From Clostridia bacterium (GTDB lineage: Bacteria; Bacillota; Clostridia; Oscillospirales; CAG-272): a stretch of DNA of 64,000 nt. The position numbers and the translations under genes are program-made. Under the pieces are notes generated by a model. That model saw nothing but the letters and a program-made list of their open reading frames with translations, did no database searches and was not told the DNA's origin. Where the stretch lies: assembly GCA_017466375.1 (NCBI GenBank), contig JAFTUH010000035.1, forward strand, positions 5,555-69,554, written 5' to 3'. Of this stretch, positions 57,724-64,000 are shown one piece after another. How positions within the stretch are numbered: the first letter of the stretch is position 1; the number at the start of each line of letters is the position of its first letter.

Positions 57724-58317
57724 ATGGCATACATTAGCGTAGAATTCGCAGGGCAAAAATCATTTGGAGGTTATCTGAGAATAGATAACGGAGCGCAGAT
57801 TCAACTTTTTGACGGTCTTATTATACCCGTTGAGACTGGAACGCATTACCTCTCCTTCTCTAGTCAGACAGCGGTACAGCGAAATTTGACGAAAGCAAAC
57901 GTTGCACTTGGTAATTATCGAACGGCTCTGTGGGCAGAAAAGGATTCGGTGGACGGAAGCGTAACGCAGAGCTTTGATGAAAATGACGTTTTGTTTTTAA
58001 CGGTTGTTTCGGATGATAGTGGTCATATTCTTGATGCTCCTGAGTTCACGATGCGTGAATTTTCCGATGAAGAGATGCGTGAAGCAGATCGGTTGTATGC
58101 CGAGCAGCAAAATGCAATTCACGAGGTTGTTGAGGATGACAAGCGCAGTGCAGTGGTTGAGCTTGTTTTGTGTCTTTTTCTCGGTTGTTTTGGCGTCCAT
58201 AAATTCTATGCGAAGCAGATAGGAATGGGTATTCTGTATCTCTTAACAATGGGATTGTTTGGAATTGGCACACTCGTCGATCTGGTAAAAATTATTATGA
58301 GAATGATGAGAAAATAA
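57724..58317 (+). CDS. TM2-domain membrane protein with an N-terminal soluble domain
   Basis: The track ORF starts at 57673. I prefer the ATG at 57724 with a GGAGG RBS. The C-terminus LGCFGVHKFYAKQIGMGILYLLTMGLFGIGTLVDLV is a TM2 signature. Confidence 0.8.
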   Translation: MAYISVEFAGQKSFGGYLRIDNGAQIQLFDGLIIPVETGTHYLSFSSQTAVQRNLTKANVALGNYRTALWAEKDSVDGSVTQSFDENDVLFLTVVSDDSGHILDAPEFTMREFSDEEMREADRLYAEQQNAIHEVVEDDKRSAVVELVLCLFLGCFGVHKFYAKQIGMGILYLLTMGLFGIGTLVDLVKIIMRMMRK

Positions 58318-58326
58318 GCAATCTTT

Positions 58327-58362
58327 AAGCCGGTACCGGTTATATAGCGGTATCGGCTTTTT
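58327..58362 (+). terminator. Intrinsic terminator after the TM2 gene
   Basis: A 12-bp stem aagccggtaccg/cggtatcggctt (one G-U pair) followed by T5. Confidence 0.75.
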
Positions 58363-58379
58363 AATTTTGTTTTCGTGTA

Positions 58380-58407
58380 TTGACATTTTTTTTGTTTTCA
58401 GTATAAT
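58380..58407 (+). promoter_or_regulatory. GH43 gene promoter candidate
   Basis: TTGACA-N16-TATAAT. The spacer begins with a T8 run. Confidence 0.55.
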
Positions 58408-58517
58408 TGTATCAGAGTGCATACAAAACGACATATTCCAAAAGAGTCGGCTCTATGCCAAATCCGAGATGGAAGGCATCTCTCTCTAAAATTTTATCTT
58501 CAATGGAGGATTATTCT

Positions 58518-59405
58518 ATGCCAAACCCAATTTTGCCCGGTTACTATGCCGATCCCGATATCGCGTATTTTAACGGGAAGTTTTATCTTTATCCGACGAC
58601 GGACGGTACGAACTGGTCACCGACGTCGTTTCACGCATTTTCTTCGACGGATCTTGTGAACTGGAAAGATGAGGGCGTTATCCTTGATTTTGCCGACATC
58701 CCGTGGACGGAGGGAAAAAACGCGTGGGCACCTTCCGTCGGTGAGAAAAACGGGAAGTATTACCTCTACTATACCGCGAATACCGAATACATCGGCGTTG
58801 CCGTTGGTGATTCGCCCGTTGGTCCGTTTGTCGATATCGGCAAACCGCTTCTGACGTATAAGCAGTACGGCGGTCGTTCGATTGATCCGTATTTCTTCAG
58901 AGACGATGACGGACAGGCGTATCTCTATTGGGGCAATAAGCGGATGCACGCTGTCAAACTCGCGGATGACATGATTACGTTCGACGGTGAGGTGGTTGAT
59001 ATCACGCCGCCGTGGTACAATGAAGCTACTTGTGTTTTCAAACGAAAGGGGATCTATTACTTCACATGGTCCGTCAATGATGCGCGCTCGCCCGATTATC
59101 AGGTGCGTTGGGCAAAAAGCGACGGTCCGATGTCTCCTCCGCGCGGCGATCACCTGCTGCTTTCCAAAGATACTGCCGCCGATTCCCGTATCAAGGCTAC
59201 GGGTCATCACGCAGTCATTAACGTTCCCGGCACGGATGACTGGTATATCTTCTATCATCGCTTCTGCGCGGCGCGTTTTGGAAATGTCAATGGCCCCTGT
59301 ACCGAAGCGGGAATGCACCGTGAGGTCTGCATCGACAAACTCTGCTTTGATGAGGACGGAAATCTTCTCCGCGTCATTCCGACGATGGAAGGTGTTTCGC
59401 TGTAA
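58518..59405 (+). CDS. GH43-family glycoside hydrolase (beta-xylosidase / arabinofuranosidase-like)
   Basis: The track ORF starts at 58407. I prefer the ATG at 58518 with a GGAGG RBS. MPNPILPGYYADPDIAYFNGKFYLYPT is the typical GH43 N-terminus. No signal peptide is visible. Confidence 0.8.
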   Translation: MPNPILPGYYADPDIAYFNGKFYLYPTTDGTNWSPTSFHAFSSTDLVNWKDEGVILDFADIPWTEGKNAWAPSVGEKNGKYYLYYTANTEYIGVAVGDSPVGPFVDIGKPLLTYKQYGGRSIDPYFFRDDDGQAYLYWGNKRMHAVKLADDMITFDGEVVDITPPWYNEATCVFKRKGIYYFTWSVNDARSPDYQVRWAKSDGPMSPPRGDHLLLSKDTAADSRIKATGHHAVINVPGTDDWYIFYHRFCAARFGNVNGPCTEAGMHREVCIDKLCFDEDGNLLRVIPTMEGVSL

Positions 59406-59409
59406 TATG

Positions 59410-59439
59410 AAAAGGACTGCTGACGGCAGTCCTTTTTTT
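59410..59439. terminator. Bidirectional terminator (GH43 gene / membrane-protein gene)
   Basis: Stem aggactgc/ggcagtcct flanked by A4 and T7. Confidence 0.8.
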
Positions 59440-59443
59440 GTGC

Positions 59444-60406
59444 TTATTTTTTTCGGATGGCGTGGGCGATTATCGCGGTTATCACACCCGATAACAGAAC
59501 TACGGTGATGTCGATCGGCGCGAGGACGATGCCCGCGATCCCGTCAAAGAGAAATCCCTCACCGAATCGGTACAGATGCCCGCTCAGAAGGATCATCTCA
59601 CCGATGTACATTACAAGTGTTACAGTCGATGCCAAAACGGACGGAAGTAATACAGAGAGAATTACCCGCTTCCCAAGCGTGAAGGAGACCGCATAAATGC
59701 CGACCGTCAAGCCGAACAGGACGAAGAACACGCACATCAGTACAGCAGAGAGCGCGGAGACATAAACATCGCCCGTTCTGTAAAAGGCGGTGAAGCATGC
59801 CCAGATGCACATGGCAAGAAACGCGCCGCTTGCAACCGATTGCAGAATCAGCGGTTTTCTGCGTGAGGTGTCACCCGTGCGGATCATTTTTGCAAAGCCG
59901 TAGAAACAGTTCAGCACTGACAGGATCAGCACCACGGAAATGATGTAAAAATGCATCTTGAACGCGGGGGAGTATTCGCCCATCAGGAGATCTACCTCGG
60001 TCAGCGTCCGTTCTTCCATCTCGCCGGGAAAATACGCACACATATACATCTGCCAGCTTTCCAGCTTACTCGGAACGAGCTGAACTACGGTATGTGTGAC
60101 TGTCACCATGCTCTCCAGCAGAAACTCCGCCGCGAAGAACGCCGCAGTCGAAATCACCGTGCCGATTGCGAGCGCGAATTTTTCGATCCGCTTGAACAGC
60201 AAAGGCATCAGCGCGATCCCGAGGATCAGCGCAAGGGCGATCGGTGTGTAGGGGATGATGTATTTCGGGTAATCCTCCGCGTATACAGTGCCGTATCGGA
60301 TCATATCCGTGACAACGGCGACACCCATGTAAATCGGGTAAAACGACGCGATCAGTACGCCGAAAAGGGACCACAGACAGTATTTTTTGAACGTTTTGTT
60401 TTCCAT
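59444..60406 (-). CDS. Polytopic membrane protein, unknown function (~8 TM segments by eye)
   Basis: Track ORF 59444..60424. I prefer the ATG at 60406 with an AGGAG RBS. Last gene of the blaI-like operon. Confidence 0.7.
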   Translation of the reverse strand: MENKTFKKYCLWSLFGVLIASFYPIYMGVAVVTDMIRYGTVYAEDYPKYIIPYTPIALALILGIALMPLLFKRIEKFALAIGTVISTAAFFAAEFLLESMVTVTHTVVQLVPSKLESWQMYMCAYFPGEMEERTLTEVDLLMGEYSPAFKMHFYIISVVLILSVLNCFYGFAKMIRTGDTSRRKPLILQSVASGAFLAMCIWACFTAFYRTGDVYVSALSAVLMCVFFVLFGLTVGIYAVSFTLGKRVILSVLLPSVLASTVTLVMYIGEMILLSGHLYRFGEGFLFDGIAGIVLAPIDITVVLLSGVITAIIAHAIRKK

Positions 60407-60416
60407 GCAAGACTCC

Positions 60417-61022
60417 TTATTCAAAATAGATCATAAATCCGAGCCATTTGAACGGGATTTTTGTGACCGTTTCAAAATTGCTGGAAATGTAGCTCCACTC
60501 TACGTCGCGGTATGTCAGTTCCAGACTGTCCGTCAGTACGTAGTAGCAATCCTCCTTCTTCTGCGGACCGACGATGCCGTCCAGACGGCGCAGATATTTG
60601 AATTCCTTGCCGCCTGAGATCCCGTACTCGTTCAGTTCATACATGAAATATTTTCCGTTTGTGTGATACAGATCGTGATAATATCCGACTCCGTCAATGA
60701 AGTATGCGATGCGCAGAAATGCGTCAATATTGGCTTCTGCCGCGGATTTGAACGCAAGCCAATATTCATATCCGCCCGTCCGTCTGGTGTCTTCTACATT
60801 CACACCGTACTCGTTCGGCTTTTGTGTGATATCAATCAGCAGACAGCCGTCGGCGAGCGCGTCATCGGCTGTGTACCCGTCGGGAATATCGTTGAATCCG
60901 ATATACGCACCGTCCTCGCCTTTCTGCGGTAAGCGAGCAAGACCTACCGGTTCCGGCTTGCTGCAGGCGCATACGAGAACGGTAACAACAGCGAGAAATA
61001 TGGAAAATACAGCTTTTTTCAT
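60417..61022 (-). CDS. Putative lipoprotein, unknown function
   Basis: MKKAVFSIFLAVVTVLVCAC is a signal peptide with a lipobox-like VCAC. Confidence 0.7.
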   Translation of the reverse strand: MKKAVFSIFLAVVTVLVCACSKPEPVGLARLPQKGEDGAYIGFNDIPDGYTADDALADGCLLIDITQKPNEYGVNVEDTRRTGGYEYWLAFKSAAEANIDAFLRIAYFIDGVGYYHDLYHTNGKYFMYELNEYGISGGKEFKYLRRLDGIVGPQKKEDCYYVLTDSLELTYRDVEWSYISSNFETVTKIPFKWLGFMIYFE

Positions 61023-61034
61023 AATATTCTCCTT

Positions 61035-61949
61035 TCAGACCGCATTGGTCAGCAGAATGTATGCAGCGACCGCGATCAGCACCGTTATGGCGATAACCGA
61101 CAGCGCGGACAACTTCTTATATGACAGGATATTCTCGATACGCATCCGTATTTTTGCACCGCCGAACGCTGATGCGAATACGTTCGTTTTCTCCGCCGAG
61201 GAGAGGAGGGCATGGGCGTACCTTTTCTTTTCCTCCGTACCGCACCGTGCAAGCACCGATTCGTCGCAGGCGATCTCCATATCGGTGAGCAGAAGCTTCA
61301 GAAACAGCCAGCACATCGGGTTGAACCAGTGTGCCGCCGTGACGGTAAATGCCAACAAACGGAAAAGATTGTCCATGCGGCGGATGTGCGCCCTCTCGTG
61401 CAGGATCACATAACGGAGATTTCCGTCCTTCATCCTATACGGAATTATAATTTTCGGTTTGAGGATCCCGTACACGGCAGGCGTGCGGATTTTGTCTGAA
61501 ATGTATACGCCATCTTTGTACGGCTGTGCATCACGCATCTCGCGGAGCGTGGAGATATAGATGATGGCAAAAGTTAGAATCAAAGCGAGCGCGACCGTAA
61601 GCCAGATCACAGAAGCGGCGCCGAAGAGATTCTCGAACAGATCAACCTTGTACGTAATCGGAAAGTACGTATTCGCCGCCATAACGTGATTCATGTAGGT
61701 GGCGGACAGACCGTGCGCGAGCTCGTGCGCCGTCACAGATTTCGTTGTGAATCGGGACAGAAGTGTCATCAGTCCGTATCGACCTGTCAGCCAGACGGGA
61801 ATGCACATACGAAGATACGGGATCAGCCACAGGATGCAGACGGCGCGTCGGGGAATCCGCTTCACAAGCCGCAGAAGCAGAACGGGAACCCCGCAGATCA
61901 GTGCCGCGATGCTCATGTTGAAGATCCAGTAAAAGAGATCGCCGAGCAT
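61035..61949 (-). CDS. BlaR1/MecR1-like M56 peptidase, short form without a C-terminal sensor domain
   Basis: N-terminal TM segments and the zinc motif ILHERAHIRRMD. Only 304 aa. Confidence 0.8.
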   Translation of the reverse strand: MLGDLFYWIFNMSIAALICGVPVLLLRLVKRIPRRAVCILWLIPYLRMCIPVWLTGRYGLMTLLSRFTTKSVTAHELAHGLSATYMNHVMAANTYFPITYKVDLFENLFGAASVIWLTVALALILTFAIIYISTLREMRDAQPYKDGVYISDKIRTPAVYGILKPKIIIPYRMKDGNLRYVILHERAHIRRMDNLFRLLAFTVTAAHWFNPMCWLFLKLLLTDMEIACDESVLARCGTEEKKRYAHALLSSAEKTNVFASAFGGAKIRMRIENILSYKKLSALSVIAITVLIAVAAYILLTNAV

Positions 61950-61953
61950 CGCC

Positions 61954-62307
61954 TCACCTCCGATCGATCATCTTTTTGAGTGCGTCGATTTCCTCAGGTG
62001 TCAATGATTCGTCATCAAGCAGAGCAGAGAAGAGTGCTTTCTTGGATCCGCCGAATAAGCGCTCAATCAATCCGCGCGTTTCCGCCTTGCATACTTCCTC
62101 GCGAGTGATCAGCGACGTGCAGATGAAGCCGGGATCTGTGCGCTTCACGTATCCCTTCGCTTCGATTTTCTTGATGACGGTGTACGTTGTATTTTTGTTC
62201 CATTCGAATGCTTCCTCGGCGAGCAGGCTCACGTCTTTTGCGCTGATCGGCTCGTTTTCCCAGATCAGCTCCATGACTTTCAGCTCGCTGTCAAACAGTT
62301 TTTGCAT
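61954..62307 (-). CDS. BlaI/MecI/CopY-family transcriptional repressor
   Basis: A 117-aa winged helix: LSELKVMELIWENEPISAKDV...TTYTVIKKIEAKGYVKR. Confidence 0.85.
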   Translation of the reverse strand: MQKLFDSELKVMELIWENEPISAKDVSLLAEEAFEWNKNTTYTVIKKIEAKGYVKRTDPGFICTSLITREEVCKAETRGLIERLFGGSKKALFSALLDDESLTPEEIDALKKMIDRR

Positions 62308-62324
62308 GATTTGTCCCTCCTTGG

Positions 62325-62346
62325 ACTACTTCTGTAGTATATACTA
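62325..62346. promoter_or_regulatory. Probable BlaI/CopY-type operator
   Basis: The dyad ACTAC-N4-GTAGT (containing TACTTCTGTA, one mismatch from the CopY box TACAnnTGTA) is fused to the perfect 12-bp palindrome TAGTATATACTA, which overlaps the -10. Confidence 0.55.
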
Positions 62347-62369
62347 TCACAATAGTCTGTGCTTGTCAA
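62341..62369 (-). promoter_or_regulatory. blaI-like operon promoter
   Basis: The minus strand reads TTGACA-N17-TAGTAT. Confidence 0.55.
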
Positions 62370-62388
62370 GAGGAAAAGGAAAATTTAC

Positions 62389-62417
62389 TTGACAGGGAAT
62401 ACGCGGTATTGTATAAT
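62389..62417 (+). promoter_or_regulatory. Promoter of the DUF3298/DUF4163-like lipoprotein gene
   Basis: TTGACA-N17-TATAAT. Confidence 0.65.
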
Positions 62418-62447
62418 TGAAGTACTAAAACGAAAAGAGGACGCTGT

Positions 62448-63212
62448 ATGTTCAAAAAAATCGCCTTGTTTGCGCTGTCATCGGTTCTGGTGCTTTCGCT
62501 GGCTGCTTGCGGTGAGAAGAAGACGGAGGAGCCGCCGCAGTCTACGCCGGGTGTTCCGACTGTCGCCGTCGAGACGCTGACGTTCAAGCAAGAATCGGGC
62601 GCCATCATTGATATTGAGGCATCGTATCCGGTTGTTTCGATGAACGATTCTGCCGTTGCCGATCGGATCAACGGACAGATTCAGGCGTACGTCAATTCCT
62701 TGTACGGTGAATATATGACGGGCACCTTTACCGCTGCGGCCGATTCGTTCTATTCAAAAATGCAGTACGAGGTTACGCTTTGTACGGCGGATAGACTCAG
62801 CATCCACATCTTCGCGCTCTACTGTCAGAGCGGTCCGCAATATGTCTATGATCATGGATTCACGTTTAATCTGAAGACGGGTGAGCTCGTAAAACTCACC
62901 GATCTTTATACAGAGGATCAGATCGATCGTGCGATCCGCGGCGCTTTTGCATCGCTGGATCCGTCGAAATATCCGCAGATGTTCGAAATCTATCCGTTGG
63001 ACGAAGTAGCGCAGCACTTTTTGCATTGGTTTTCCTCTAATTCCACCTATGCGGAGAGTACTTTTGCTCATGATTTCTATCTGTCCGAAGACAGCCTGTA
63101 CCTGTTCGCCGGATCGTATAAGGGTTATACGGACGATGTAAATGCGCCGTATCGCGGGGATGGCGCGTTTATCATTGAGATCCCGTTTGAAAAGATTCCT
63201 GACGCAGAATAA
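62448..63212 (+). CDS. Lipoprotein, DUF4163/DUF3298-like
   Basis: Lipobox LSLAAC. IDIEASYPVVSMNDSAVADRINGQIQAYV resembles the DUF4163 N-terminal pattern. Assigned by eye. Confidence 0.6.
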   Translation: MFKKIALFALSSVLVLSLAACGEKKTEEPPQSTPGVPTVAVETLTFKQESGAIIDIEASYPVVSMNDSAVADRINGQIQAYVNSLYGEYMTGTFTAAADSFYSKMQYEVTLCTADRLSIHIFALYCQSGPQYVYDHGFTFNLKTGELVKLTDLYTEDQIDRAIRGAFASLDPSKYPQMFEIYPLDEVAQHFLHWFSSNSTYAESTFAHDFYLSEDSLYLFAGSYKGYTDDVNAPYRGDGAFIIEIPFEKIPDAE

Positions 63213-63217
63213 AAAAG

Positions 63218-63249
63218 AAACAGCCGAGCTGTGAAGCTTGGCTGTTTTT
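63218..63249 (+). terminator. Intrinsic terminator after the lipoprotein gene
   Basis: A 10-bp stem cagccgagct/agcttggctg with a GTGA loop and T5. Confidence 0.8.
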
Positions 63250-63253
63250 GTCT

Positions 63254-63286
63254 AACGAAAAGAGCCGATGGAATACATCGGCTCTT
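63254..63286 (-). terminator. Intrinsic terminator after the SPFH gene
   Basis: Stem agagccgatg/catcggctct followed by TTTCGTT on the minus strand. Confidence 0.7.
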
Positions 63287-63296
63287 GCAATTGGAT

Positions 63297-64000
63297 TTAT
63301 TCGTCGCAGCAGGGATCGGTAGGTGCAGGTTTTTCTTCATCCGCCGCGGGAGCAGTGGTATCGCCCAATCCGGAAGTCTCGGAGAAGATTACGTTGGCTT
63401 TCGTCATCTCCACAGCATCCGTCGGAACGATGATCTTGGACGCTTTTCCGTTGGACATGGCAACAAGTGCCTCATATTTCTTCAGTTCAAGAACGGAAGC
63501 GTCAACCCCTGCTTCCTTAAGTGCGGCAAGACCGTCAGCCTCTGCCTTTTTCGCAAGGAAGATCGCTTTCGCTTCACCCTCGGCTCTTGCGATTCTTGCG
63601 TCACGTTCACCTTCCGCGGCAAGGATCATTGCCTGCTTGTCACCTTCAGCGCGGGTAATAACAGCCGCCTTGTGTCCTTCCGCCTCAAGCAGCGTTTCAC
63701 GTCTGTCGCGTTCTGCCTTCATCTGCTTTTCCATGGCGTTCTGGATTTCGGCAGGCGGAATGATGTTTTTCAACTCGACACGGTTGACCTTGATACCCCA
63801 CTGATCCGTTGCGGAATCGAGGATTTCGGTCATTCTGCCGTTGATTAGATCACGGGATGTAAGCGTGTCGTCAAGCTCCAACTCACCGACGATATTACGA
63901 AGCGTCGTTGCAGTCAGATTTTCAAGCGCGCTGAGCGGGCTTACGGCACCGTATGTGAAGAGCTTTGCATCAAAAACTTTGAAATACACGACGGTATCGA
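63297..64000 (-). CDS. SPFH/Band-7 (stomatin/prohibitin-like) protein, C-terminal part (gene continues past window end)
   Basis: The frame stays open through 64000 (..DTVVYFKVFDAKL...). Motifs RVELKNIIPPAEIQNAMEKQMKAERDRR and a coiled-coil AEGE-repeat tail. Confidence 0.85.
   Translation of the reverse strand, partial: DTVVYFKVFDAKLFTYGAVSPLSALENLTATTLRNIVGELELDDTLTSRDLINGRMTEILDSATDQWGIKVNRVELKNIIPPAEIQNAMEKQMKAERDRRETLLEAEGHKAAVITRAEGDKQAMILAAEGERDARIARAEGEAKAIFLAKKAEADGLAALKEAGVDASVLELKKYEALVAMSNGKASKIIVPTDAVEMTKANVIFSETSGLGDTTAPAADEEKPAPTDPCCDE

Noticed and set aside
58386-58393. A T8 homopolymer in the spacer of the GH43 promoter as a possible phase-variation switch.
   Set aside because: The tract is short, there is a single instance, and the spacer is already 16 nt. 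There is no evidence of length heterogeneity, so this is more likely ordinary AT-rich promoter DNA.

Overview
This window looks like a chromosomal segment from a Gram-positive, Clostridia-like bacterium. The evidence is GGAGG-type ribosome binding sites (RBS) and the syntenies miaB-ymcA-mutS-mutL-tgt, tig-clpP-clpX and lepB-ylqF-rnhB-yraN. GC content is moderate by eye.

The first ~33.3 kb is a head-to-tail array on the minus strand of at least eight intact paralogous genes, here called P1-P8. Each is 4.0-4.4 kb, and start codons are spaced ~4.2-4.7 kb apart. P1 runs off the window start and is missing from the supplied ORF track. Each gene encodes a 1330-1473 aa protein with these parts, in order:
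- a signal peptide
- several beta-sandwich or lectin-like modules (CBM9-like, ConA/LamG-like, Ig-like, F5/8-type-C-like, DUF2341-like)
- a beta-propeller with four canonical Asp-box (BNR) motifs, as in sialidases
- a second jelly-roll module
- a low-complexity linker
- a conserved C-terminal Pro-x-x-Trp, transmembrane (TM) helix and Lys-rich tail, with no LPXTG motif

Seven of the eight copies have a near-consensus sigma70 promoter (TTGACA-N17/18-TGnTATAAT); P6 has only a weaker candidate. P2-P8 each end with an intrinsic terminator; the P1 3' end lies outside the window. Directly upstream on the same strand is a three-gene operon: a GntR/FadR-type regulator, N-acetylneuraminate lyase (nanA) and an AGE-family N-acylglucosamine 2-epimerase. 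A 22-bp perfect palindrome overlaps its -10 element. No sialic-acid transporter or kinase is visible in the window.

The remaining ~28 kb is mostly housekeeping: miaB, ymcA-like, mutS, mutL, tgt, clpX, clpP, tig, thrC, an M19 dipeptidase, yraN, rnhB, rbgA, lepB, apgM and rpsT. Interspersed are a GH20-like and a GH43-like glycosidase, a small DUF1540 gene hidden inside an antisense ORF, an XRE/TM2 divergent pair with twin palindromic operators, a sensor-less BlaI/BlaR1-like four-gene operon, a DUF3298/DUF4163-like lipoprotein and a partial SPFH gene.

I recognised no rRNA, tRNA, CRISPR array, transposase, integrase or phage gene. The many long plus-strand ORFs opposite the real genes are codon-aligned antisense shadows and are not called.
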